Positions 24,701 through 38,029 of a stretch of DNA of 64,000 bases are shown piece after piece. The stretch is from Eledone cirrhosa. Its lineage: Eukaryota. The position numbers were made by a program, and so were the translations under genes. The stretch lies in NCBI GenBank assembly GCA_964016885.1, contig OZ024741.1, forward strand, positions 393,514,001-393,578,000, written 5' to 3'. Each line of letters starts with the position of its first letter. The stretch's first letter is position 1. Under the pieces are notes generated by a model, which saw nothing but the letters and a program-made list of their open reading frames with translations, did no database searches and was not told where the DNA came from.

Positions 24701-25413
24701 CCCATTCTCTTTGGGCCTGTTTTGATCTTATTAAATCTTCTCAGCAAAACATATTCACTTAGCAACTTGGCTAGACTAGAATTGCAGAAAAAGATACAGG
24801 AAAGGAGAAAGAAATTATGCACTAAGATTTAATACTGCAAGTAGCAAATAATGAGGCAGAGTATGCAGAGCTAGTCTTAGGCACTGTACAATAATTTGTT
24901 TGGTACTACAGTTCAAACCCCACTAAGTCTGAATATTACATTCATCTCTTTATAACAACAACAAACGTTCTGAGACCATCTTCTCCGCCAAAGCAGGGGT
25001 TAGCCTCGTGGTCACCATGACAAGCTTCTTCACTTTTTCCTATCATCTGCATCTCCTTGGTTTCCTTTCCCCCTCCATCATTTTTAACCATGTTTTTCTT
25101 GGTTTTCTCTCTCTTCTATCTCATTCCACATTCATTTCCATCACTCTTCTCACCCAATCACTTTCATCCTTCAACCTATGACCCAGCCATTACATTTAAT
25201 TTCTCTTTACAACATTCACCACTGGTTCTATTCCCATCATCCTCTGCAATTCATTGTCTTCTTCTCTCTGAGCAACACTCCACTCATCTACCAAACGATT
25301 CTCATTTCCATTATTTCTAGCCAATTATTTCTAGCCTTCTCTGTTGCTTCATGTTTAACACTCATCTTATTCCCATAAACACACTGCACACTCTCTTACT
25401 GGTAGTGAGTTAA

Positions 25414-25634
25414 CCCTTTAGAATTTACATTACTCTATATTTACTGTTGTATTTTCATCGTAAATACTTTATCTCACATAACTATCTCACCTGCTATTGA
25501 TTCTACGAGATTTTGATATTATTTATTTTGAGAACAATACCTTAAAGTCGGTATGAGGGGCCAGTTATGACCAGTTTGTACAGAAAGAGGTGAAAGAATT
25601 CTGGCCAGATATGGCTGGTTTAAATGCTAAAGGG
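25414..25634. mobile_element. piggyBac-like MITE (relatives ~29614-29828 and ~39920-40175)
   Basis: TTAA|CCCTTTAG ... CTAAAGGG|TTAA termini. Confidence 0.7.
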
Positions 25635-25988
25635 TTAATCTCCCATAGTCATCCCTCACTCAATAAACAAGAGAGTTCATAAAGAAATTAAGTTTTTGTA
25701 TATCTGATGTATGGTTATATATTTAGACATATAATCTAATAAAGGGTGACTACCCCCCCCCCCCCCCCCAAAAAAAAACTGGCCCCATGCACATTTTGTG
25801 TCACTGTATACTTATTTTCTAATCGTATATTGTATACTTATTGTATACTTATTTTCTTATATTTCAGGACATGGCAGATACAACGTTGAGAAGACAAGAA
25901 CCCAATATCTTTTTCATTTTTTTAACATTTGATCAGTAACAGCAATATCCTGTTCCAATTACTTTTTAAAACATATATCTATCTAAGG

Positions 25989-27595
25989 CAGGTATGTCAA
26001 ACTGAGGATCCCCCAAGGGCTGCATGGGTCACATATGTGTTGTCTGAGGATTGCATGTAGGAAAATGAACTAAATTTTCATTTGACATCTGTGACTTCCA
26101 TAAGCTAAGTTTTGTAATGAAGTGCTTGATGTCATCATACAACTGAGTGATGAGTTTGTTTTTACCTTGTAATTTCAAATAAAGATCAGTTAATTGTAAT
26201 ATCCACAGCAAAAGTCAGATCTTGGAGCCAACTTTCATTTTTTATTTCATCTGGGTTTAGACCTTTCGTCTCCAAAAACATAATTATTTCTTATCTCAAC
26301 AAATAGGATCTTTTTAGTACTTTGTGACATGACAACCAGCGGACTACTGTGTAGAATGGAACATTGGTGAACTGATTATCCATATCTTCCAACAATTGGC
26401 TGAACTGATGGCAGTTGAGAGCACAGCCTCTGATATAGTTCACTGTCTTTGTGACCAAGCTAAACACATGATGCAATTTTAAAATCTTTGAACACAAATT
26501 TTGCTGATGAATAATACAGGGAAAATGTGCAAATAATGAATCTGGATGTGAGTTTTCTATTCATGTTCGAAACTTGGCAGTAACACCATTATGTCTGCCA
26601 ACCATATTCACAACATTGTCAGTAGATAAGCATGCAAGTTTACTCAAATCAAAACCATAGTCATGCAGAACTTGCTCGATCTTCTCATAGATGTCCTGCT
26701 TGTTATAGTGTCATGCATGGGGACCAGTTCAATCAGTACTTCATAAATATTAAATTCACTGTCACAGGCCCTGATGAAGAATGCAAGCTGTGCTATTCCA
26801 GTGATGTTAACAGTCTCATCAATAGCAATATAAAAATGTTCAAACCTTGATGATACAGCCTTTAACTGTTGTTTCAGATCACCTGGCATTTCATTAATCT
26901 GTTCAGCAACAGTGTTCCTGGTTAATGAAATGTCTTTGAATAACTCTGCTTTCTCTGGACATACAATTTCAGCTGTTTTTACAAGGCATTGCTTTACAAA
27001 ATCTCCTTCACCGTAAATTTCCCACTCATGGTGATCATTCAGCTGAGTTCATAACTTACAGTAATGGAAGTGACATTCTCTTCCTGAATTTTCATAAAAC
27101 AGTTCTGTTGCTGTGTCAAGTTAGCCTTCAATTCTTTGAGTCTTGAAACATGCATTGGGCCTTCATATTTATCGTAAGTTTGATGGTTCGTTTCATAATG
27201 CCTTTTCAAATTGTACTCTTTTGGTGTGGCGATGCAGTTATTGCAAATTAAACAGTGTATCTTTCCGTTAACTGTTGTGCAAAAATACTGTAATTCCCAC
27301 TTTTCTTGAAACCCTCACTTTTCTTTGTTCAATTTCCTTTTTTTCTTAGTCGGAGGAGCACTAAGCCATTTTAAAAGCAAAAAGTTTTGAAATTTAGAAA
27401 AAGAGTTTTCTGTTTACAATTGTTAATGAGCTATGCATGATTCATCAGAAGTTAAAGGTAGTTGATAAAAATTGCACAAAAAAAAAACAATTGTATCGAA
27501 AAAAATTTTTTTTATAGTACGAAGATACAACATGCTCACGCTGTAAAAACCTTTGTGCGGGCCACAGGTGTGCTTGCAAAGGGCTTCCATGCCTG
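25989..27595 (-). mobile_element. hAT (Buster/SPIN-like, GTF2IRD2-type) DNA transposon, internally deleted and decayed
   Basis: CAGG...CCTG ends with a perfect 8-bp TSD ATCTAAGG (25981-25988 and 27596-27603). CLIC..NLKRHY BED finger, IAIDET..AQLAFFIR, VRWLS. Confidence 0.92.
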
Positions 27596-27757
27596 ATCTA
27601 AGGTACATGTGAAACAGGATAGCACTATTCAGGCAGGTTGTATAATTTTAATCAATAAGTGTTCATTGATATAGAAAGTTATTGCTAAAGAAAATGTAAC
27701 TAAAGGTTATTGAACAGTTTAGAAGCAATTAACTGGTAATTAATAGGAGAAACTTAC

Positions 27758-27813
27758 TAATACTTGGCATAGATTTCCATTGTTCTACTTGTTCATTTTC
27801 ATACGTTGTAACC
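27758..27813 (-). CDS. SLC24: SLC24/NCKX short loop exon (VTTYENEQVEQWKSMPSI)
   Basis: ttttatttatag acceptor, gtaagt donor, 56 nt, phase 2->1. It bridges the phases of the flanking exons exactly. Confidence 0.75.
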
Positions 27814-29395
27814 CTATAAATAAAATTGATTGTTAATTATGAAAAATTGTTAGAAATGATTCAATGTGTGTAACTGTCTTTGTAGAATATTAAAACAAAT
27901 TTAACAGAAAGAAATTATTCATCTGAATTTATTAGATGACTTCTTACTAAACTCACCTAAAATTTTTGGATTATTAAACTTATTTTTCATTTATTTTTGT
28001 CTTAAACTGTTTTGATCAGTTGACTTAAGCAATTATATTAAAGTGTTAATTCCTACATATAAACTAGGCTAGGTTAAAAATTCAGACATTATATAAGGTA
28101 CATTTTCAAAATACCTAACTACCTAAGCAACATCTTAAAAGTTTTATTAAATAAAAGTAATACAGACATGGACAAGAATAATACACACACAATCTTTAAT
28201 CACATTTGTAATTATAGCTATTTAAGAAAGGGGGAAGAATGATACTATCAAACAACAATGTTCATATATATATATGTATATATATATATATGAATAGGGC
28301 ACTTGAACTAGCTGAAATGCTTGTGGATAAAAGAATATAAAAGTTATTTTATAAACTTTTAACTTTAATTTTCATATTCCAGTTTTTAAATTCAAAGTCA
28401 TTTTTAACTCTAAGGCTTTATTTGATACCTAGCATAAAGCTTTATAGGGGGAAAATTTGAAACAATAAATGTGCTGTAAAATGGTTGTTGATATGAAGGA
28501 CATCTGGCTGTAGAAAACCTGCCAAATAAATGGCCAGGGGGGCTCTTCAGTTGTGTCAAAGACATGACAACCTCCCTGGTGTTGGTGCCATGATAAAATG
28601 CACTTGATAAAGAATAGGAATGTATGTAAATGAGATGCAGATCTTCAGCCTGTCTGAGTACATGTTATAGTGTAGGAACATATATAAGTGGCCCCCAGCC
28701 TAGCTGAGAGGTCAGTAGCTCTTTTCAGTACAGGGAAAACAGATGTTAATTGATGATGATGACGATGACACAGAAATAAATAAAATGTGAATTCAAATGT
28801 AAGATTACAATCACTATCACCATTATTTTAATGTCCGCTTTCCCTTCTAGCAAGGGTTGGACGAGTCTAGATAAACCAAGTCAGTACTGGAGTAGGGCTA
28901 CTGAGCTCCAAAACTATTAATTGTAGTTTCAGAAATAGTGAGTAGTGAAATCTAATGATGCACCTATGGAAATACATCTATTGACAACTATATCAGATGC
29001 TGAAATACATTTATCAAAATGTATTTCATCTTTCATACTGTCAGGAAAGCAAAAGATCATGGAAGAGTTACCATGTACATTCATGAGGATGTCAGACCCT
29101 TGATTTTTTTTTGTCACATCATACTTGATGGGTGATACACCAATGTTAAATATAAAACAACTGAGGTCAATGTTATGTACCACATATCACCAATTAAATG
29201 CTTTGATATTTGAGATCCTTAGTAAGAAAGGTGAAGCAATACAATCAGTGATTGCATAAAAAGGCTTCATTTATATGTTAATATTTAATTAAGAGAAATA
29301 TTTAAACCTTGAAAATATTGAAAGGAAATCTACTTTTTATGAAGAACATGTAATTTTTAACCACTTGACAGTGATAAAATAGAAAAACCACTAAC

Positions 29396-29499
29396 CAACT
29401 GCGAGGAGTTTTCGAATAAGATGTTACACTAGGTTGCTGAGCAGCACCCTTAAACTCTTGCCTTCGTTGGGCTGCAATAATAACATTCATTTTTCGGCG
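29396..29499 (-). CDS. SLC24: SLC24/NCKX loop exon (RRKMNVIIAAQRRQEFKG...KTPRS)
   Basis: ttcttcattgttag acceptor, gttagt donor, 104 nt, phase 0->2, open (overlaps ORF 29302..29490). Confidence 0.75.
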
Positions 29500-30324
29500 C
29501 TAACAATGAAGAAAATAAATAAAAATTATATTAATTTAAAAAGAAACAAGTTTGCAGCTTTTACAGAATAAGTGCTAAAGATGTAGAGAAAATTGGTTTT
29601 CTTTAGTGAAAAGTTTAACCCTTTAGGTACACATTTCTAAAGAAAGACACTCCCTATAATTTTCAAATAATTTTGAAAATAATTTAAAATTGCGAGGGAT
29701 TTAATTAAATAAGTAACTTTCTCATTATAAAATTGCGATGGAAGGTTTAAACACAGACACTTTAAAAGAAATGGCTTTGTGTCATAAAGCCAACGGTGGT
29801 TTAAACAGTTTGGTATTGAAAGGATTAAGCAGAATTTCTTGGTTGAATTTTAGTTATAATTAGATGACAATAATACCAAATCTATTTCTAAATCTCTAAT
29901 ATAATAAAGGGAGGAATGCGGGGCAGCGTCCATTTTATATCTTTTAATCCCATTAGTAAAATAAGTTGGATTACTTTGAATGAATAATTGTTTCTACTTT
30001 TGACACAAGGCCAGCAATTATCCCAGTGTATTACTGGTACTTTATTTTATCGATCCCGTAAGGATGAAAGGCAAAGTTAACCTCGGCGGGATTTGAACTC
30101 AGACTATAAAGGGGCGTAACTCTTTGCTACAAAGCATAGCGTCCGACCCTCTACAGATACTGCCAAAATGAATGAATATTACATAATTTATGTACTAAAT
30201 TTCATAAAACATGATTAAGCATATATAATGTTATTGCTTATTTCAAGATTCACTTCTTTTAAAAGATTCAAATTTCAATACTTCCGGTATATCAACACCA
30301 CCACCATATATATGTATGTATATA

Positions 30325-31170
30325 TACGAAGCTTGCATGCTCCGCTGGATGTGTAATAGTAATATACGCGAACGGCAAAGCATAAACGAACTAAGGAAAA
30401 AATTAGAAATAAGAGGGATCAGATGTTGTTTACTCGAGAGAAGGCTACGTTGGTATGGTCACGTGATGCGCATGAAAGACGACAGCTGTATAACAAAGTG
30501 CAGGGCAATAAAGATAGATGGTAGCCACGGAGTAGGCAGACCCAGAAAAACCTGGGACGAGCTGATAAATTCCGACCTCACACACTTACACCAATCCAAG
30601 ACAATGTCACTGGACCGAGACCTTTGGCGGTACTCAGTAACAGAGAAGACCCGCGTTACCTAAATACAAAGTAAAACCTACTACAGTCAGTAGGCATCTC
30701 TAACAAAATACACCCCCATCCCACCACCCCCACCCCATCCACACCGCCCCTTTCAATGTAAAGTTATGTTTGTGCCACAAAATCCAGGCCGAAACAAATG
30801 AGATTGTGTAGGTGTCACGAAAAAAAAAAACACACAGTCCACGCTGTAATGTGGCCGTGTAGGCAACACGGTAAAAATCTCCCAGTCCCACACTGTAAAT
30901 GTGGTTGGTGTTAGGAAGGGCATCCAACTGTAGAAAACCTGCCAGACAGTCCATGCTGTAATGTGGCCGTGTAGGCAACACGGTATAAACCTCCCAGCCC
31001 CACACTGTAAATGTGGTTGGTGTTAGGAAGGGCATCCAACTGTAGAAAACCCGCCAGACAGTCCTATGCGAGCAAGACAACCACTCTTGCCTCAAGTGGG
31101 AAAACTCCCGTCCAAACCCATGCAAGCATGGAACACGGACGTTAAACGATGATGATGATGATGATGATGA

Positions 31171-31173
<3 letters not shown>
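30325..31173 (+). mobile_element. RTE LINE 3' fragment
   Basis: RRLRWYGHVMRM..GRPRKTW, 3' UTR and (GAT)n tail. Nearly identical to 53530-54370. Confidence 0.9.
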
Positions 31174-31229
<56 letters not shown>

Positions 31230-31311
31230 AAGATAGAGCGAGAAAGCGAGAGTGTTTGAAGAGAGAGATACAAAGTGACTAAGTGACAGATATGTATATA
31301 TATATATATAT

Positions 31312-31550
31312 AAATAGAAAGATTTGAATGGATACAGTTTAGTTGAAAGGAATTTATTGACACGTGTTTCTATAACAGTTACATAACCTAAAACAGCTGA
31401 TGAAATGACAGTAAATAATAACATTGAAATATTGAATGTCTGCATAACTAAAAGTTTGTAGATAGCTGTTTTAGGTTATGTAACTGTTATAGAAACACGT
31501 GTCAATAAATTCCTTTCAACTAAACTGTATCCATTCAAATCTTTCTATTT
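31312..31550. repeat. 87-bp perfect inverted repeat with 65-bp spacer
   Basis: 31312-31398 is the reverse complement of 31464-31550. Confidence 0.9.
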
Positions 31551-31760
31551 TTCTCCGGATTACTTTTGGAACTACAACTGGAACCGTCGAGCAAACTCTA
31601 CGTGAGCTGATAATCTACTGTGTGTAATATTTATATTACAACACAACGGAAAATACTGTATATATATATAAATATATATATAAATATATAAAAAAAAAAA
31701 GAAAATATTTTTTTGAAAATATTTTTGAAAATACCATATATTTTCACTAGCTCTGACAGT

Positions 31761-31840
31761 TTGGCAGGTGAACAGTGAGCTGTACTGATGAAGGGTGATA
31801 CCCAGAAACATTAGTGTCTGCAGTTCTGTTCGCATGCCAA
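31761..31840 (+). ncRNA. type I hammerhead ribozyme (same family as 4024-4073)
   Basis: TTGGCAG GTGAACA GT GAGCTGTA-CTGATGA-AGGGT GAT ACCC A-GAAAC ATTAGT GTC-TGCAGTTC TGTTCGC A TGCCAA. Confidence 0.85.
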
Positions 31841-32139
31841 CACAAGAGCAAGAATGAAGGGTTCATTCTACTGACATGGCTATAAAATTGAGGCTTGTTT
31901 GCATAATTGCAAACAAATCGAATGTTATTAATAATATTCGAACGCCATGCTTTGCAGCAAAGAGTTACGGCCCTTTATGGTCTGAGTTCAAATCCCGCCG
32001 AGGTTAACTTTGCCTTTCATCCTTACAGGGTCGATAAAATAAAGTACCAGTAATGTACTGGGTAATTGCTGGCCTTGTGCCTAAAGTTGAAACAATTATT
32101 AATATTCAAAAAACTCAGATTACATTTATAAATATATAT

Positions 32140-32355
32140 ATATATTCTATAAAATGTACACAATGCAGATCTTGGGTACACAAGAGATATAGTGGGATAG
32201 CAGGCAAACTAACAGGTAGGGAAAACTATGTATGCAGTAGATGTACAGGGAAGGTTGACAGTAGAAGTCGCAGTGATAGACACATTTTTCAAATGCAGGT
32301 GGGTTCTATAGAAGTGGTTGATAGCTTCCAGTACCTGGGTGATCAGATTACCATG
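32140..32355 (+). mobile_element. RTE LINE fragment (Cys-rich segment)
   Basis: CTQCRSWVHKR..CSRC..SIEVVDSFQYLGD. Confidence 0.75.
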
Positions 32356-32546
32356 AGAGAGAGAGAGAGAGAGAGTTAGATATATATATATAGAGAGTTA
32401 TATATATATATATAGAGAGAAATGAAGAGATTAGGATGTTTTTCAATGCAGTTGTATAAAAAATATAATAATATAATGATTATAGAATGAAAACACAAAC
32501 AAATATATACAAAGGAAATGGAAAGGAAAAAAAAACAAAGAGAAAA

Positions 32547-34903
32547 AACACACAAGCAGGTAATACATACATCTAGGACCACATACAACACACAAGCAGG
32601 TAATACTCACATCTCAGACCACATACAACACACAAGCAGGTAATACACACATCTAGGATCACATACAACACACAAGCAGGTAATACTCACATCTCGGACC
32701 ACATACAACACACAAGCAGGTAATACATACATCTCGGACCACATGCAACACACAAGCAGGTAATACACACATCTAGGACCACATACAACACACAAGCAGG
32801 TAATACTCACATCTAGGACCACATACAACACACAAGCAGGTAATACTCACATCTCGGACCACATACAACATACAAGCAGGTAATACACACATCTCGGACC
32901 ACATACAACACACAAGCAGGTAATACTCACATCTCGGACCACATACAACACACAAGCAGGTAATACACACATCTCGGACCACATACAACACACAAGCAGG
33001 TAATACTCACATCTCGGACCACATGCAACACACAAGCAGGTAATACTCACATCTAGGACCACATGCAACACACAAGCAGGTAATACACACATCTAGGACC
33101 ACATACAACACACAAGCAGGTAATACATACATCTAGGACCACATACAACACACAAGCAGGTAATACTCACATCTCGGACCACATACAACACACAAGCAGG
33201 TAATACACACATCTAGGACCACATACAACACACAAGCAGGTAATACTCACATCTAGGACCACATACAACACACAAGCAGGTAATACTCACATCTCGGACC
33301 ACATACAACACACAAGCAGGTAATACACACATCTAGGACCACATACAACACACAAGCAGGTAATACTCACATCTAGGACCACATACAACACACAAGCAGG
33401 TAATACTCACATCTCGGACCACATACAACACACAAGCAGGTAATACACACATCTCGGACCACATACAACACACAAGCAGGTAATACTCACATCTAGGACC
33501 ACATACAACACACAAGCAGGTAATACATACATCTAGGACCACATACAACACACAAGCAGGTAATACACACATCTCGGACCACATACAACACACAAGCAGG
33601 TAATACACACATCTAGGACCACATACAACACACAAGCAGGTAATACATACATCTCGGACCACATACAACACACAAGCAGGTAATACTCACATCTCGGACC
33701 ACATACAACACACAAGCAGGTAATACACACATCTCGGACCACATACAACACACAAGCAGGTAATACACACATCTAGGACCACATACGACACACAAGCAGG
33801 TAATACATACATCTAGGACCACATACAACACACAAGCAGGTAATACACACATCTAGGACCACATATAACACACAAGCAGGTAATACTCACATCTAGGACC
33901 ACATACAACACACAAGCAGGTAATACTCACATCTCGGACCACATACAACACACAAGCAGGTAATACACACATCTCGGACCACATGCAACACACAAGCAGG
34001 TAATACTCACATCAAGGACCACATGCAACACACAAGCAGGTAATACACACATCTAGGACCACATACAACACACAAGCAGGTAATACTCACATCTAGGACC
34101 ACATGCAACACACAAGCAGGTAATACACACATCAAGGACCACATGCAACACACAAGCAGGTAATACACACATCTCGGACCACATACAACACACAAGCAGG
34201 TAATACTCACATCTCGGACCACATACAACACACAAGCAGGTAATACACACATCTCGGACCACATGCAACACACAAGCAGGTAATACTCACATCAAGGACC
34301 ACATGCAACACACAAGCAGGTAATACATACATCTAAGACTACATACAACACACAAGCAGGTAATACTCACATCTAGGACCATATACAACACACAAGCAGG
34401 TAATACACACATCTAGGACCACATACAACACACAAGCAGGTAATACTCACATCTCGGACCACATACAACACACAAGCAGGTAATACTCACATCTCGGACC
34501 ACATGCAACACACAAGCAGGTAATACTCACATCTAGGACCACATACAACACACAAGCAGGTAATACTCACATCTCGGACCACATACAACACACAAGCAGG
34601 TAATACATCTCGGACCACATGCAACACACAAGCAGGTAATACTCACATCTAGGACCACATGCAACACACAAGCAGGTAATACATACATCTAAGACTACAT
34701 ACAACACACAAGCAGGTAATACATACATCTAGGACCACATACAACACACAAGCAGGTAATACTCACATCGCAGACCAGATACAACACACAAGCAGGTAAT
34801 ACTCACATCTCGGACCACATACAACACACAAGCAGGTAATACTCACATCTAGGACCACATGCAACACACAAGCAGGTAATACTCATATCTCGGATCACAT
34901 ACA
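32547..34903. repeat. 40-bp minisatellite, about 59 units
   Basis: Unit ACACACAAGCAGGTAATAC(A/T)(C/T)ACATCT(A/C)GGACCACAT(A/G)CA, head-to-tail without spacers. Confidence 0.97.
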
Positions 34904-34904
34904 A

Positions 34905-35435
34905 CCAAAGGCAGGTGAAAGGGGTGGACAAACGAGTTACTACCAGAACAAAAAATAACAATATCGTGGGGAGCACTGGGAAACCTCTCTAATAATTTTT
35001 TAGGCAAGCCAGCACACTTGCAGTGTTACCTTGAGAGAAGGCGAGGCTGAGGTACTGGAACAACCAAGCGGCCTCACGAGCTTCACCAGTTACCTCTGTT
35101 AGGCGAGCCGCCAGTGTAGATAAGAATCTCGCTGTCAGTAGCCCGGCTCCTCCAAACGTCTCAAATGCCACAGGCTGGAAAATGTAGTTAGCCAACAGAT
35201 CATGGTATTTTAGGATTTTGTTCTGTTCAGCTGCGGATTCTGTAGCTCTCGCCCTTACCGTTGCATCCAGGATGTGGGAAGAAGCAGAAGAGTCACTAAC
35301 TGTGAGGTCCCAGGTAAGGCACCTGTCTCTTGTCCAGGGACGCAGGGTAAAACCATCAGGTCTTTTCCCATCAATTCTGGACAACCCAGACGGTTCTAAA
35401 GCTGAGGGGATGTTTTCCCGGGCCAAAGCTCTTAA
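34905..35435 (-). mobile_element. CRE-clade non-LTR retroelement 3' end (restriction-like endonuclease)
   Basis: EPSGLSRIDGKRPDG..PW....LTWDLTV..AE..K..KY..F.PVAFETFG..LS.A...GN. Confidence 0.85.
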
Positions 35436-36752
35436 GTGGTAATAGGAAAGTGTGTGTATGTGCGCGTGCATGAGTTTGTCGGCATTCTTAAATTAGCGAC
35501 GTGTGTGTTATATATATATATAGGCGTGTGTGTCATATATATATGTGTGTATGTGTTATATATGTGTGTGTTATATATATATATATATATGTGTGTATGT
35601 GTCACTGTTTTTAATTTAGGGACATATATGTGTGTATCTCCTTCCTTCCTTTTACACTCACATATATTCACACAAACACACACAGACATTTTGTGACGGA
35701 CGGATGGACAGAAGTCGCTCAAATTGATATACATATAAATGGAGTTCCACTGAAGCAGAGGGAAAAGTTCAAGAATCTCAAGGCTGTGTTCATGAGTAAC
35801 AGACTCGCTGGAAAGAATATTTGAGGAGGAATATTGTCAATTTACTTTTCAATTTACATATCATATCTATAAGCATATATATTTGAGTATAAAATCAATA
35901 TGTACACTACATACTCTAGCAGAAAACTGCCCAAAGGGCGATTTTTCTGCTAGTAAAATTAATGATGTAAAGGTGTATTTAACAATTTAAGAATCAATGG
36001 ATCACTTGCAATAGATATATAATCATATCAGTAGTCCTGTTTCTATTTTCTGTTTGAATTGGGGCTTGTATAATGTCTAATATCAATTTACATGGAAAAT
36101 CTTCACATTTAAATCATTCAAAATTGGTGGCATTACTGGGATGAAATTTTAGAAGATTGGAAAGATAATCATCAGTTATTGTCTGCCCTCTGCAGGTTGA
36201 ACACTACGGATTATTTTTTTTGTCTTTCTTGTGCTGTCCTTATATGTCCACTGTCTAATTGTTGATAATATCCATGTAATCCATGGTTTTCTTCATCCTT
36301 TCCCATTCATTTTGCCTTCTTTTAACCTTGCCTGTAAATCCTTTTTTAAGTATCCAAAATATTTTTATCTTTCATAGTGTCTAATAAAATGCTCTTAGTT
36401 TTTTGCAATTTTTAGTACTTTGCTTTTGATATTCTCTTCTGCCCGTCTTATTCTCAAATCTATGCCCACATCTCAGAATTTTAATCTTTTTTTCTGGTTT
36501 CAATATTAATGTTTCTTCATGATAGTATGTTTAAGATTTTTTAAAATCTACTGGTTCTGGTTGGCATACATTGTTCAGTATACTAAAGTCTTAAAACTTT
36601 AGTATACTGAGTTAGTATCTTGTATAATTATTAAACAAAAGTTTTTGGGTAAAATAGAAGAAGATTTTCACTTACATATTTATATCATTTATCATAAAGT
36701 AATTTTTTAAATTAATTTGAAATTATGTTTATTACATCTCTGGCATACTTAC

Positions 36753-36849
36753 ATATATTATAACCAGTCGTACTGCAGATATAAATCGGGTTTTTACTGG
36801 AAATTGATTCATCATAAGTAGTCGGAAAATAAAACCATAGAATCCATAC
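36753..36849 (-). CDS. SLC24: SLC24/NCKX loop exon (YGFYGFIFRLLMMNQFPVKTRFISAVRLVIIY)
   Basis: attcag acceptor, gtaagt donor, 97 nt, phase 2->0. Resembles the NCKX3/4 loop motif LRIMIT..F.P.TRL.MA.R.II. Confidence 0.85.
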
Positions 36850-37904
36850 CTGAATTAATTAAAAATAAATTAATAATTACATTTGATTCATTAAGAATGA
36901 AAATCAATTACATATTCTTAATATGATATCATGGTTACAAGTCTTTAATTTCTTGCTCCTAAACTTGTATTCTATTCTCCAGATCTGTTTTAGATTTTTC
37001 TCTCTAAGAATATACACACATTTTGGTGAAATTGAATAATAAACACTAAAATATCATTCTTTTTCTTTCATTGTAAAAATTTCTAAGTTCATTTACATTG
37101 AACAAATGCCTCAACTCCTTCTGTTACCAACTTTGCTTTTTTTGTAAATTAATACACATTAATACCTTACTCAATACTAAATAGGTAAACTATACACTTC
37201 TTGATTTGTTTTCATTAGCTCAAATAATGTGAGTAAAATAAATGATATGTAGGTAGAAGAATTATAGACAAATGTGTAGATAGAATTGAACTTAACAAAT
37301 AAAAGACTGCTAGTGAAATTTGGAAAACTGTTGGAAGGACATTTGAGCTCAATATTATACAATGTTGGAATTGTAATCACTTTTGTCTTAGTTAAAAAAC
37401 AAACAAACGAAACAAAACAATTCTTAAGACAATCATAACTAGTAATAAGTAAATATCTTTTAATGGTGAAACAGACTTATTGATCTCGGAGTATTACTCT
37501 ATTACGTGTTCAAGCCGACAGCCTGAGGCCATGCTGGGGCACCTCCAATAGTATCTGTAAGTTTTTTTAAAGAACACCTCTAGATATATCATAGTTATCA
37601 GTTGGTTTGTCTGAATTCAAAACACAATTATTTGTCTTCTATGATGAAAATTGTTCTGATTTTGTTTTAGAACTGAAGGTGGTGTTCCAGCATTGCACTA
37701 GCTGTGATTGCTAAAACAAGCTAAGTGACACCTTCTCAAGTGCAAACCTGGCTTGTTTGGACACCAGTGCAAGCTCTGCTGCTCACCTGGCCAAAAAGGG
37801 CAAACTGTCCAAGCTAAAGAACTAAAGATTGAATGGCATTCTATTTAGTGAATTATGTTTAAATCGTTTTAGTAGGATTATGTTCCAAACAGTTTGGAAC
37901 ATAA

Positions 37905-38029
37905 TTATAGTCATCAAAGTTCAGAGATTTGTGAAAAACTCTCAAAACCCATGTTATTTCTTTATTGGCTAAGGAAATTACATGGCTTTTGAGAGTTTTT
38001 CACAAACCTCTGAACTTTGGTGACTATAA
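37905..38029. repeat. ~125-bp near-perfect hairpin (MITE-like)
   Basis: TTATAGTCATCAAAGTTCAGAG...CTCTGAACTTTGGTGACTATAA. Confidence 0.8.

Noticed and set aside
32547-34903. CRISPR-like regular array and Cys-rich ORFs
   Set aside because: Units are contiguous with no unique spacers, no cas genes are present and the context is eukaryotic. The ORFs are translations of the repeat.
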